From Gracilinanus agilis (Eukaryota), in assembly GCF_016433145.1 (NCBI RefSeq), contig NC_058134.1, positions 196,930,859 through 196,994,858 of the forward strand: a stretch of DNA of 64,000 nt, in the 5' to 3' direction. Position numbers and translations under genes: made by a program. Positions 44,101 through 64,000 of this stretch are shown piece by piece. How positions within the stretch are numbered: the stretch's first letter is position 1; every line of letters begins with the position of its first letter. The notes under the pieces were generated by a model. That model made no database searches, had not been told where the DNA came from, and worked only from the letters and a program-made list of their open reading frames with translations.

Positions 44101-46332
44101 TGAAAGAATAGTGGACCTGTGGGGGGAAAAGATGTGTTGTTTTGGACAAGTTCAATTTTGGTGATAAGGAAGGGATTGGAGTTCAGGAAAGCAAACAGGG
44201 CTTGAATATAGACATTTCAGAGTCTTCTTAGAGATAATAAGTGAACTCAAGGGAGTTGATACGGTCACCCAGAAAAAGCAAAAAGAAATAGAGAGGGTGC
44301 AGAATATAACTTTGGACATGGCATTGATAATGAAAAAGGTCCCAAATCTTCCCCACTACAAGTCTAACACTCTTTCTATAATTCTACTATTTCTCATTTT
44401 AAAAATAAGACATTTTAAGAACTTAATATTCACAAACAAATTTTCTTCACAATAACCCACAAGAGAAATATTCTGGGGAAGGGCCAGATAGATAACTTAA
44501 AAAAAAGTAAAGTCCCAATGAAAACTCTCTCCACTGAGCACATAATTTAGATAACTTGCTTATGGTAACATAACTAGTATATGTCAAAAGTAGGATTTAT
44601 GAACCTAGGCCTTCCTGATGCTAAGGACCACTTCTCTCAATCCACTTAATCATGCTACTCTCACTATTACAGTGAGTATTATGAGGTAGATACAGGTATT
44701 ATCATCCTCATTAATACAATGAGGAAACAGACTCTTGAGAGATTATATAGCTTATTTATGGCTGCATAACTACTTAAGTGTCAGAGGTAGGAATTAAACT
44801 GGGGCCTCCCCATAAGCAAGTCCAATGGTTCTTCCTACTAAGGTTAAAGCAATAACTTTTTTTTTTTAAATTAAAACAAATTTTAAGTTAACAAAATCCC
44901 ATCTTGAATGTTTACCTCATCATCTTCATCAGTTTCTTCTTCTGAGGCGACACCATAATCATCTACCATATCATCTTCACTCTCCATAGAAGCCCAGTCA
45001 TCCCCTTCACTCCTTGCATCATTGACCTCAGAATCCTCCTCTTCATCACTACTATGAGGGGGAGCTGGGCGCTTTTTGCCCCTAGCAGGTCCAAGTAATG
45101 CTTTATTTCCAATTTTGAGCCCAGGAGCCTGGGGTCCTTTCTTTTGTGAGGACTGGATAGCACCTATAGAGAACCACAGGTGTTAAAACAGCATCTTCTC
45201 CAGCTAAAGATGTCAAGGGCTCCTAACCCCAACTGGACTAACCCAGCAATCCCACTCCCTCCACCAATCTCCAAACCATTTCTACCTTCAAATATATTCC
45301 ATCATCTTGCATCTCATCCTTGAATTACTCTATTAGTCTACACTCATCACTTGCTTTAAAATCTGTTTGCAAACTAAAGTCCCCAGCACCCTATTTTCAA
45401 ACTAACCTTTTGTAAGAGGCTTTGGACTAGGAGATAGTTTCTTCTTTTCAGGAGTCCCTGCAGACTCTGATCGTCTTTTGGCTGCCCTGAAAAAGTAAAA
45501 AAGAATAAAAGAATGGAAATATGCTTCTCTCTCAACCTGCTTTCCTCCTAGCTTAAAAGTGATGGAGCTTCCCATTAGCATCTACATCCATCTGTGCCCA
45601 GGAGCTCTAAGATGAACTTCCTATCAGCTTACATTATCTAAAGGAGGGTAGCTATTAGCAAGCATCCCCACACTTGACTATCCCAAACTCACCTTTTCCT
45701 GGCACGGCTAGAGAGCCTCTTCCCATTTTCATTGACAGCTATAAAAAGATAGGAACAAGAATAAGAAGTCATAGAGGAAATATGCCGGAGAAGAGACCAC
45801 AAGAACAAGATGGAAAAGAGATTTTGACGCTAAGAGTATAGAAATTCAACACAACAAAAGCTCCAGCTAACCATGCCTCAACTATCATAAAACTGTGGGG
45901 AAGTGGAGGTTTGAAACACATTAGAATCCTGGCCAAAATGGTAACAGGAAAATTTAAAGATAACTGAGTAGACCTTCAAAGATCCCTTTCTAGACTTCTC
46001 TCTTATTGGCACTTCAGTCTATTATCAGTTGCTGCAGAGAAAAAAGCTCAGTACAAAAATGAACAGAGTTGTTCTGAGAACTGAGAAAATCAGTTAAGTT
46101 GACGTGCAGAAGGAGCTGACGCAACGTAAAATGCTAGAGTACAGGCTAAGTGGGAAAGCGGATAAACGATGCTGAGGGCCAAGAGCAACAGGCACAGAAG
46201 GAACCAAGAGAGGGGTTCTCTCTCACCGGAGGGCAGGAATTTGGCGAGCTCGGTCTCAGCGCCCTTCTGTTTCCGGGCCTTTCGGCCAGGCCCGCGCTTC
46301 TCCTTCTTGGTGGGGTCCAATTTGCGCCCCAT
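35131..46332 (-). CDS. NOP2: NOP2/NSUN1 (p120) nucleolar rRNA m5C methyltransferase, 704 aa
   Basis: Coding exons (minus) 46332-46227, 45738-45693, 45486-45407, 45163-44916, 41061-41006, 40888-40731, 40584-40385, 40224-40135, 38937-38850, 38580-38440, 38080-37941, 37531-37442, 37286-37164, 37041-36813, 35450-35131 = 2115 nt. MGRKLDPTK start; [17 protein letters not shown] and YCTCS motifs intact. Non-coding exon 1 ends 46596. Confidence 0.97.
35925..36170 (-). mobile_element. MAR1-type SINE (CORE plus RTE-like tail)
   Basis: gactccatttgggttttcttgacagagatactggaatggtttgccacttccttctccagctcattttacag. Confidence 0.75.
37691..37890 (+). mobile_element. Young full-length CORE-SINE (short-tail subfamily)
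   Basis: Intact A/B boxes; TSD aaga(g/a)tattgggaga. Confidence 0.92.
39650..39980. mobile_element. Ancient CR1/L3-like remnant (approximate)
   Basis: gtttgaagacctccaag...ccacttctgaacagct...cctgacatcaaacctaaatt phrases typical of old CR1 3' ends. Confidence 0.45.
40585..40730 (-). other. U12-type AT-AC intron of NOP2
   Basis: 5' ATATCCTA, branch TTCCTTAAT (40601-40593), 3' CAC. This junction gives in-frame EQE-S-AQAPDL. Confidence 0.92.
41250..42400 (+). mobile_element. Old, highly degraded L1 ORF2 remnant in NOP2 intron 5
   Basis: A-rich, L1-like phrases (aaatctctaatgatcagagcaacacaaattaaaacaact). Confidence 0.55.
42987..43190 (+). mobile_element. hAT-type MITE, family A
   Basis: TIRs CAGTGACAGGCAAACT / AGTTTGCCCATCACTG; flanks ctctaagc / atctaggc. 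Confidence 0.88.
43199..43439. mobile_element. hAT-type MITE, family C
   Basis: Imperfect TIRs CAGTGTTGGTGAA / TTTGCCAACACAG; flanks atctaggc / ctctaggc (7 of 8 match). Confidence 0.75.
43467..43673 (+). mobile_element. hAT-type MITE, family B
   Basis: TIRs CAGGGGTTGGCAAC / GTTGCCGACCCCTG; perfect 8-bp TSD CTATAGAC. Confidence 0.92.
43690..44310 (-). mobile_element. LINE2 remnant (approximate)
   Basis: gatttggcaactgactgtatatgtg, tgttgttttggacaagttcaattt: L2-like. Confidence 0.5.
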
Positions 46333-46595
46333 GATGCTGGGGCAAAGAAAAAAGGTTCATGCATCAAGGAGCAGACGTGGGGCAGGCGAGGCAGAAAAGG
46401 GGGCTCCCACACCCCCGACATCGCTCGCTCTCCCTCCTCCTGAGATCCCAGCTCTCCCTGGCACCCCAGGGTAAGCCGGAGAACCCAGAGGCCTCCTTCC
46501 CCCAGCTCCACCACAGCTCCGAAGCCCCAAGGACGAAAGTCCTCAGGGGCCCCTCAGCAGACCCAGTCAACTAGCTACTCCGAACCGAGGCTTAC

Positions 46596-46860
46596 CAGCC
46601 AAATCCCGGGTCCACGTGCACTACCAAAACCGCGGCTCGCACGCCACTGAAGCCGGAAGCAGTTTTGTACCAACGCGCTGACGCAAAACGCCAGGACACA
46701 CGGCTCTCCAAGCCACAAGGCTTCGCCCCGCCCCTTCCGCCGGGCGCTTCCGGATGCGGTTTTCTTAAGTGAGCCTGTGGTTGGCTAGAAATTTAGCGGA
46801 CGCGGCTCTTGGGCCTATTCGGGAAGGTCCCGGAAGTGAAAACCCGAACCTCCCCACCCC
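46596..46860 (-). promoter_or_regulatory. NOP2 promoter / non-coding exon 1 (TATA-less CpG island with ETS motifs)
   Basis: CCGGAAG 46653-46659, CTTCCGG 46747-46753, CCGGAAGTG 46830-46838, TGACGCA near 46680; donor GTAAG at 46595. Confidence 0.75.
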
Positions 46861-46869
46861 ATACCGTTA

Positions 46870-47700
46870 GGTCAGTCAATGGGCATGGATTAAGCACCCA
46901 CCATATGCCAGACACTGTGCCGAGTGCTGGTGACAAAGAAACGTAAATGCCAGCTCTCTGCTCGCTAGGGGATCGCAGTTTCTCGGGGGAGAAAATTCAC
47001 CAACAGAACCGGAAGAACCACCTCCAGACAGGCCGAGAGAGAGGCAGTCAGCTTGGAGGAGCCCGAGGGCTCTGTGAAGCTGTTCGGCCAAGGTGGCATT
47101 TTAACTGGGACTTGAAGCAAGCGAGGGGTCGTGAGGGACAACCAGGGTATGTCTTGTGCAAGCAGCACCGAGGCCAGCGTCCCAGGAAGAGTACTTGGGG
47201 TGGGATACAGACTGCAAGAAGTCTGAAAAGGTGCCGGGGAGAAGCTTATGAATGCCAGAGGATTTTCTGTTTGATCCTAGTGATAAGCCCCTGGAGTTTA
47301 TTGAGTAGAGGGTGACACGGTCAGCTTTAGGAAAGTAAATCTGACAACTATGGGAGTGCTATGGCAGTAATGTGGCAATGAGGTGATGGGGACCTGCCTG
47401 GCCTCGGAAGGGATGTTACAGTAGTAAAATTGGGCAGGGCTTGGCAATGAGAGGTAAGAGTGAGTAATTGAGGACACCTAGACTGTGAACCTGCCTGATT
47501 GGTGATATCCCTGAGGGTATCAGGGAAAGGTGAAGGGTTTAGGGGAAAAGAATAAGTTCAATTTTGGACATGTTGAGTTTGATATGCCTACAAGAGTCTA
47601 GTCTCTGGCAGCAGAAGCAAAATTGGAAGTCACCTGAGAGATATGGGCTGAATGAAGTTGATTTGATAATCGTTAGCATAGAGATTAAATCTGTGGACTG
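46870..47700 (-). mobile_element. LINE2 remnant (approximate)
   Basis: L2 tail cagtcaat...ttaagcacccaccatatgccagacactgtgc and ttttggacatgttgagtttga. Confidence 0.6.
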
Positions 47701-47719
47701 TGTATGAGGTATATCAGGA

Positions 47720-47945
47720 GACAGCTGAATGGCTAGGTGGATAGAGTGCTAGGCCTGGAGCCAGGAAGACCCAAGTTCAGATACTTCCTAGATATGTGAT
47801 CCTAGGCAAATCACTTAATCTGATTGCCTGACAAAAAGACTTACTGGAGAAGAAAATGGCAACCCACTCCAATATCCTTGCCAAGAAGACCTCATGAATA
47901 ACTGTGGTCCATGGGGTCCCGAAGAGTCCGACAAGACTGAACAGG
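47720..47945 (+). mobile_element. MAR1-type SINE with RTE/BovB-like tail
   Basis: ctggagaagaaaatggcaacccactccaatatccttgcc...catggggtcccgaagagtccgacaagactgaa. Confidence 0.8.
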
Positions 47946-47959
47946 TTTGAGGCCTGTGT

Positions 47960-48490
47960 TGTGAACAACAGATAAGTGTTCGGGGAGGACTAGCACCTCT
48001 GTGAGGGCTTGCTGAATCCTTTTCAGGGCTGCTCAACCACCTCGATATCCATCTTTCACCTAATTTCACCTGTGGCTCCAAGCTGTAGCATGCACAGCTA
48101 CCACACCTCAATAAAACTTTCAGCCAACAATCCCTCCCTCCACCAACTTATAGGTATTATCAGATGGACTAAACCAGGTTGAGATAACTGATAGGCCTCA
48201 AACTTGTTGATGAGTTAAGGGGATATCTACCCCAAACATGTGAAGACTTCCCCCAACAGAATGAATGGATGAGAAGTGGAACACTTGGATCTTGGTCAGA
48301 CATGGAAGACTCCAAGGCAATCTATTGCATTCTAGGCCATCACCATTCATTCTGACTTTTGTCTTGCCACTGGACTTCAGTGACTCTGGAAGAGAAAATG
48401 AGACTGATGATGCAACTCTGCCTCACTTAAATCTAACTCATGTACAACTCCGATGTCATTTGTCTTCATGGAAAAACAAAAAACGAATGC
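47960..48490. mobile_element. RTE-related marsupial repeat fragment(s)
   Basis: Resembles RTE 5' UTR-derived marsupial repeats (gagggcttgctga...ggactaaaccaggttgag); recognition only. Confidence 0.4.
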
Positions 48491-48609
48491 CTTTTATCTT
48501 TCTTGCTGTTCTCTTCCAAACCTCACCAACTTAATTCTCTGGTAAACACTGTTCATAGCTTACCTTTGCATCCTTCTGACTTCCTTTAAACACTTAGCTC
48601 AGCTGATAT

Positions 48610-50690
48610 AACCTATATCAGACTCTTTCCCACCTCAGGGGGAGAGGGAAGATCTGAATAACAAAATGTCAGAAAACAATTGTCAAAAATTGTTTCTATG
48701 ACTAAACTATCACTTTTGCATATGATATGATGGTAAACTTAGAGAATCCTAGAGAATCAACTGAAAAATTAGTTAAAATAATAAATTGATCAAAGTTGCA
48801 GGATACAAAATAAAATTGCATAAATCATCAGCATTTCCATACAAAGTCCAGCACCAAGAATTAGAAAGAGGAATTCCATTTAAAATCGCTCTAGACAGTA
48901 TAAAATACTTGGGAATCTATTTGCCAAGACAAATCATATGAACACAATTACAAAACAGTTACACAAAGTTAGGTCTAAACAATTGGGAAAACATTGCTCA
49001 GGGCCATCCCTCAAGCTAACATAATAAAAATGACAATCCTAAAATAATTTATTTAGTGCCATGCCAATCAAACTACTAAAAAACTTTTATAGAACTAGAA
49101 AACTAAGTTCATCTGGAAGCACAAAAGATCCAAGAATATCAAGGGAACTAATGAAAACAAATGTAAAAGATGATGGCCTAGTGGTAACATCTTAAACTTT
49201 ACTATAAAACAGTAATCAAATGTCTGGTACTAGCTAAGAAATAGAAGAGTGGATCAATGGAATGAACAGATATGGGGTAAATGACCTCAGCAATCTAGTG
49301 TTTGATAAATCCAAGGATCCCAGCTTTGGGGATAAGAACTCAACATTTGACAAAAACTAGGAAAATGGTATGGCAAAAATTAGATATAGATCAATCTCAC
49401 ACCCTCTATCAAGATATGGTCAAAATGGGTATACAACTTAGACATAAAGGGTGATACTTGTATCATAATAACAGAGGAAGATAGAATAGTTTACCTGTCA
49501 GATCTATAGAGAGGGAAGAATTTATGACCAAACGAGATAGAGAACATTACAAGATGTAAAATGAATAATTTGGATTATATTAAAGTTTTTGTACAAACAA
49601 AACTAATGCAACCTAGGAGGGAAACAACTAGGAAAAAAATTTACAACAAATTAATCTGATAAAAATCTCATTTCTCAAGTATATAAAGAAATCACATAAT
49701 ACAAATCATTCCCCAGTTGACAAATGATCAAAGGATATGAATAGGCAGTTTTCAGATGGAACAAATAAAAGCTATCAATAATCGTATGAAAAATGTTCTA
49801 AATTTCTCAATTAGAGAAATGCCAATTAAAACACTTGAGGTATCACCTATGCCAGTAAAGGAAAATGATAGATGTTGAAGGGGATGTGGCAAAATTGGGA
49901 CACTAATGCATTGCTGGTAGTTATGAACTGATCCAACCATTCTGGAGGTCAATTTGGAATTATGCCCAAATGTCTATGAAATAATGCTTTAATTTAGTAA
50001 TACCTTTAATCTAGTAATACCACTATTAGGTCTGTATCCCAAGGAGATAAAAAAAAAATGGAGAAGGACCTGTTTGTACAAAAACATTTTATAGCTGCTC
50101 TTTTAGTGGTGACAAAGAATTGGAAACTAACAGGATATTCAATTAGGGAATGGCGGAATAAGATGGTGATATAATACTATTGTGCTGTAAGAAATGAGCA
50201 AGATGAGTGATTCAGAAAAAAAAACTGAAAAGACCTACAATGAACTGATGCAGTGAAATAAACAGAACCAGGAGAACACTGTACAGTTAACTGAAATATG
50301 TGGAATGATCAACTATGATAGACTTAGTTACTTTCAGCAATACAACTCCAAGACAATTCTGAGGGACTATGACAAAGAATGCTATCCACCTCCAGAGAAA
50401 GAACTGTTGGAGTAAGAATGTGGATGAAAGCATATGATTTTTCACTTCCTTGGGTATCTGTTTTGAGGTTTTGGTTTTTATAAGATTATTCACTTTAAAA
50501 AGTGAACAATATGGAAATGATTTGCATAATACATGTAAAATCCAGACTGAATTCCTTGCCAGTCCAGGAAGGGGGAGGGAAGGAGAAGGGGGACAATTTG
50601 GATCATGTAACTTTGGAAATTTTACATAGAATTTTATTACATATAATTGGTGAAAAAAATTTAAACAATTGTTTCTATAGAAAAAAATTA
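48610..50690 (+). mobile_element. 5'-truncated L1 (ORF2 3' half, 3' UTR, A tail), many stops
   Basis: ttgcataaatcatcagcattt, atacttgggaatctatttgccaagac, ctaggtctgtatcccaagg, L1 3' UTR and aaaaaaattaaa tail. Confidence 0.85.
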
Positions 50691-51629
50691 AACACTTCAA
50701 AATTACATTAATAAAATAGCTTACGTTCCATTTTCTGCAAGGAGCTTTTCTTGTTCCCATTATTTCCTTCTGAGATTGCCTCCAATTACACAGCATATAT
50801 CATGTAGTTATTTGAAGGTTACCTCCTCCATTAGAAAGTGAGATCACTGAGGGTAGGGATCATATTTTTTGCGTTTGTATCCTCAGCACTTAGCCAAGTG
50901 CCTATAAATGATAGGCAACAATAAATGCTCATTGACTTACCAGGCAATGAGCTGAAGGAGCTTGTTTTCTAATGAGGGAGACAACATACAAACAATTATG
51001 TACAAACTACAGGATAAATTGGAGATGACCTGAAAGAGGGTCTGAGAAAGGTTACTTGTAGGTGGGACTTTTAACTGAGACGAAAAGGAAGCATGGAGAC
51101 ATAGATGAGGGAAAGAATTTCAGCTATGGGAAATAACCAGGGGAAATGTATAGAGTTGAGAGTATCTTGTCCAGGGAACAGCAAGGAAACAAATTCCACC
51201 AACTTGTAGAGTACTCGTGGATCAAGTGCTTAATGACTGTTGTCTAGTCCCCATAACCAGTTTTATTCTCCCCAAGCCCAGGAAGGAAAGTAGTTTTGGA
51301 TCAAGGACACCCCCTTTTTATTCCATCTTTCCTTCTTCATACTCCACCTACAGGACCCTTCATCCTAAAGCAGGTTATCTCAACACTGTAGGACTAATAG
51401 GAACTAGAAAAGAAGAATCCCTTTAGTGGGGAAGAAAAAAGAAGCTAGCCTTAGGCAGGGGTTCATAATGGGCAAAAGTGAGATTATTTCCACTATTTTC
51501 ATGGTTGTCATGAGGAATTAAAAGTACTTTAAATGTGTATGGCATTCAAGCATCCCTAGAGCCACAAACTGCCACAAAGCAGTATACTCAGATGGGCATG
51601 CATAGGAATGAACACATATAACTAGAGGG

Positions 51630-52266
51630 TTTAAAATACAAGGAAACTTTTATTTTCAATTTTTATGAAGTTTTTTTAAATGCTTTTGGTTCTTTTTCTT
51701 TTTTTTTTCCCTTTTTCTTTTTTCTTTTTTTTCTTTCTTTTCTTTTCTTTCTTTTTTTTTTCTTTTTTTCTCTTTTTTGCATTTTATCTCATTCTGGCCG
51801 CTCAGTGGCTGGAGCCGCTCGGTTCCTGGTATTAAAAAGATGCCAACGGAGGTAGCTGTGTCTCGCCCAGGGGCCCGGCCCATCCGAAACCCCAACAAAA
51901 AGGAAAAAAAACAAAATAAAATAAAAACATAAAAGAAATTTCAGATCATTTTCTCCGAGCTTGGTGGGAACCCACAAGAGTTTGTATGTAACAGACGTTA
52001 CAGTGGGGAAGAGGCCATGAACCCGGAGGGGGCCTGGCCTGCCCTCTCCCTGCAGATGGCGCCGGCGCTACTGCTGCATGTCTCTCTGGCAGGAAGGGCG
52101 ATGCAGCCCCTCACTTCCTCCCCTCCCCAAGTGACAGGGGGAGTTGTTCCTTTATAAAATGAGGAGGGGGTGGAAGGAAGAGGGACTCAACCCCCAAAGG
52201 AGAAGCTGGGGGCAAGGGGGAGGGAAGGGTCACTGCTCAGTGGTAAGGTGGTATCAACCTGGATCT
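51630..52266 (-). other. CHD4 3' UTR with long A-rich tract and distal AATAAA (51649-51654)
   Basis: Follows the stop codon. T-rich (+ strand) run 51687-51777; AATAAA on the minus strand beyond it. Confidence 0.8.
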
Positions 52267-60739
<8,473 letters not shown>

Positions 60740-61498
60740 TCAAAACTCAGGTGGGGTAGGGGCAGCCACCATCACCATTCCACACAGATCCTCAAAGCTT
60801 CTGGGCCACTCAGACATTTAAACTATTTACTTCGAGAACAATTATATAGTACCATATCTGGTTGGGCTTGAGTTTTCAAAGAAACTCAACTGATAAGACA
60901 GCCCTTCTTATTCCTTATGTTCACTGTATAAATTAGTAGACAAGGACAGAATATCAACAGAGATAAGAAAATTCACGTTTAATGTTTTCAAATGGGCATC
61001 TGACTAAGACAAAACAGGGTAAGGTAGTGGACAAGGAAAGTCAGACTTTCAATAAGGCAGAGTGAATAGCAGGAATTTCCCCTAAAATTTTTAGCACATA
61101 AGCTCCTTGAGAACAAGAACTGTTTCATTTTTATCTCTGTATAGCTACTGCCTAGCACAAAACAGGCTGTTTAAAAAATGTTGAAATAAAAAGGACAAGC
61201 ATATTAGATTGAATTTTGATACCTATTTCCATATGCCTTGTAGACTCAAAGTCTTTACTGAATCCTTACAATATTCAAAAGTTTGCTCTTCTAAAGGTCA
61301 TTTTGAAATTATCTTTGACAAACCAATGATGCACAGTAGTTTAGGATCTCTTCCCCTAGACTTGCCAACACCAGCAACAACCAATAATTTAAAACATTTT
61401 TAAACATGTTTAAAACTCAGACACTTCCAACAAAAATATGGATCCATTAATGTGGATATTTCCTTCAACAGAATGGATTACAACCCATTAATGCTCAC

Positions 61499-61700
61499 TT
61501 TTTCTTTAAACCCTTACCTTCTAACCAATTGATACTAAGTATTGGTTGTAAGGCAGAAGAGCAGTAAGGGCTAGGCAATGGGTTTAAGTGAATTGCCCAG
61601 GGTCATGCCACTAAGAAGTATCTGAAGCCAATTGTGAACCTAGGACTTCCTCTGTCTCTAAGCCTGGCTTCTTAATCCATTGGGCTACCTACCTCTCCCA
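61499..61700 (-). mobile_element. Antisense CORE-SINE
   Basis: tttaaacccttaccttc...gtaaggcagaagagcagtaagggctaggcaatgg. Confidence 0.8.
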
Positions 61701-62769
61701 ATATTCTTTCAAACTGTGTAACTAATTCATATCTTCCTATATATTCTCCATAGGAGAAATCAGTCAATGTGCTGAGGTTCTTCCATTAAACCTCTTGGTT
61801 ATACATGAACACTATAAGAACTCAAAGGCTATCAGTTACACTTCACTATCACTATATGTCCATCTACCTCTTAGTCATATATCCTCTACACTATATACTC
61901 TGCATACTATTCCTTATGCCACTTTTCCTAAACAATTCTTATGGTAATACACTTCATATGGACTACTTGTGTCCACAACTTCCCTATTGAGAACCTAAAT
62001 TTTTAATTCTATGGAGCCTTTGGTTTTCTGAAACTTATAGCCATACAGAATATTATTTTAAATACAGACCTTTATTTCAATAAGTATGGAGTCATTAAAA
62101 ACAATGCAAAATTTCTCACATGCAACAGCCTTTTCTCCTCTAATACTCAATTGTGGACCAAGTTCATTGTTCATTCACAATATTTGTGTAATATAGGCAA
62201 TCCAACCAACTGTATCCAACTGGACAATAGATTCCTTTCATCCACCTGGCTTCTGGTACTGGTAATTTGGCCAAATGAGTTATTATGGCTCTCATTTATA
62301 GGGGTATGAAATATTCCTGGGTAGTGTGCTCTAGAAACATTGAACCTTATCACATCTAAGGAATAATCCTACTTCCATTTGAAATCCATGCTTATAGAAA
62401 GCTTTTAGCAAGTACCCATCTTTCTATGTTTCTGTTCTACTTGATGGTAATAAGCACATGGTCAAATAAAATTGTCATTATAGCTTTCAAAGGCTTTAAT
62501 GGGATTTTGACATTTAGAGATAAGTCTTTGGGAGGAAAGTCTTCACCTTGACATTGTACTCTTATCAAATTTTTTTATAGTCAAGAAATGATAAATACAA
62601 TGGAGATCTAATCTGTTTCTACATATTTTAAATGACCAGGTAACTATGAAAATGTGGTCTACTAAAAAAAAAAATGTGTCTACTACAGAATATCATTTGC
62701 AAAGTCTAAACTATTTTCTAAGAATCCGTAGAGATGAAAATATGGATTGGTGGAACCAAATACATTTTG

Positions 62770-62903
62770 CTAAGGCAGAAGTGTGATAAGAGCTAAGCTA
62801 CTGGGGTCAAGTGACTTGTCATATTGCTAGGAAGTATCTGAAGCAAAATTTGAATTCAGGATCTCTAGATCTGGCTCTTAAATCCACTCATCTAGTTGCC
62901 CCC
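62770..62903 (-). mobile_element. Partial antisense CORE-SINE
   Basis: ggggtcaagtgacttg...tttgaattcagg...ctagttgccccc. Confidence 0.7.
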
Positions 62904-63589
62904 TAATACTTTATTAATTACCTTTTTTCAGCAATGAGGTTCAAGATTTCCCCAAAAAAATTTGGCAAGAGGAAGAAAAAACTGCCAATGTTCAAGTCAC
63001 ACTAAGCTACTCACAATAGAGTAGCTACAATGTAGGAAGAAAAAGAAAAACAATAGGGACAACTCCAGAAGCTCACAGAATATAAAAATCCAAGAAAGGA
63101 AATAGTAATTAAAACCCATGATATTAGTCTTTATAGAAATTTACACGAAGTATATGGGTATCAAGGAAAGTGAATCAGCTATCTTAACAAAAAGAAACTA
63201 ATCTCACTTCATATTATAAGAACTAGTGAGATGAGACTCATGAATGCAATGACTCTGGAAGGATATTCCTGATTTGTTTAAAAAAAAAAATTAATGATTT
63301 CAGAGTTGTGAAGGAACCTCAATAGCCATCTAATTCAATTCATCCCTGGAAAAGGACCTTCCCTACAACATACCTCACAAACAGGAAACAAGCTTCCACT
63401 GGGTAGCTTCTATAAACAGGAATCCACCACTTCCCAAGACAGTACTATCCATCTTAGAGGACAGGTGAAATGGTGGAATTATTTGGAATAGCATTACAGA
63501 TTAAGATATAATTCCATCCCAGGGCCCAGAGCAGGGAAAACATATTGTAGATAAATAACTTTTGGGTGAAGAACAGAGAAGGTAAGGAA

Positions 63590-64000
63590 TAAGAACAAAT
63601 ACCTCTCAAAAGAAAAAATGCAAGCCACTATCAGTAATATAAGAAAACTACACTAATGAGAGAAATTCGAAGTTTATAAAACTCTTGAGGTTTTACCTCA
63701 TATCCATATCAAACTGGAAAAGATGATAAAAGCTAAAGACAATCAATGTTGGCAGGGCTATGGGAAGTCAAGCATACTAATAAACTGTTGGCAAAGACAC
63801 GAATTAGTATAACCATTTTAGAAAACAATTTATAATTATGCCAAAAATTACTAAAATGTTTATCATTTTTTTACCTAGGAATGACACTACAAGGAATTTA
63901 CTCCAGTGAGGTTAACACCAAGAAGGCTCATTGTATACCAAAAAAATTCAACCCAGCACACTTTGTGGTAGGGAAAGATTAGAAACAAAATGGATACCCA
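63590..64000 (+). mobile_element. Old L1 ORF2-end fragment running off the window
   Basis: ttgaggttttacctcata...caatcaatgttggcagggctatgggaag...gattagaaacaaaatggataccca. Confidence 0.65.

Overview
Mammalian genomic DNA, almost certainly a didelphid marsupial (opossum/Monodelphis-like, judged from many SINE-1_MD-type CORE-SINEs, MAR1 SINEs and marsupial L1s). The window is syntenic with human 12p13.31. It holds the last 7 exons of NCAPD2 (+), a complete intron-containing GAPDH (+), complete IFFO1 (-), complete NOP2 (-), the last 14 coding exons of CHD4 (-) and the intronic scaRNA SCARNA11/ACA57 (-). Exon boundaries were read by hand from splice signals and all phases close (GAPDH 333 aa, IFFO1 590 aa, NOP2 704 aa). 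Most ORFs in the track are spurious. I see no wholly new multi-gene system. The most notable observations are: (1) three different hAT MITE families stacked at regenerated NTCTAG-type target sites in NOP2 intron 5, plus a MITE inserted into a SINE tail; (2) an 11-exon GAPDH that looks intermediate between the 12-exon bird/fish and 9-exon human structures; (3) two minor-spliceosome introns (AT-AC in NOP2, GT-AG in CHD4); (4) an in-frame retained intron in CHD4; (5) micro-scale splicing options in IFFO1; (6) a motif-dense enhancer or second promoter in GAPDH intron 2. Comparisons with human, chicken and mouse are from memory and need alignment. Repeat family names are from recognition, not a library search.
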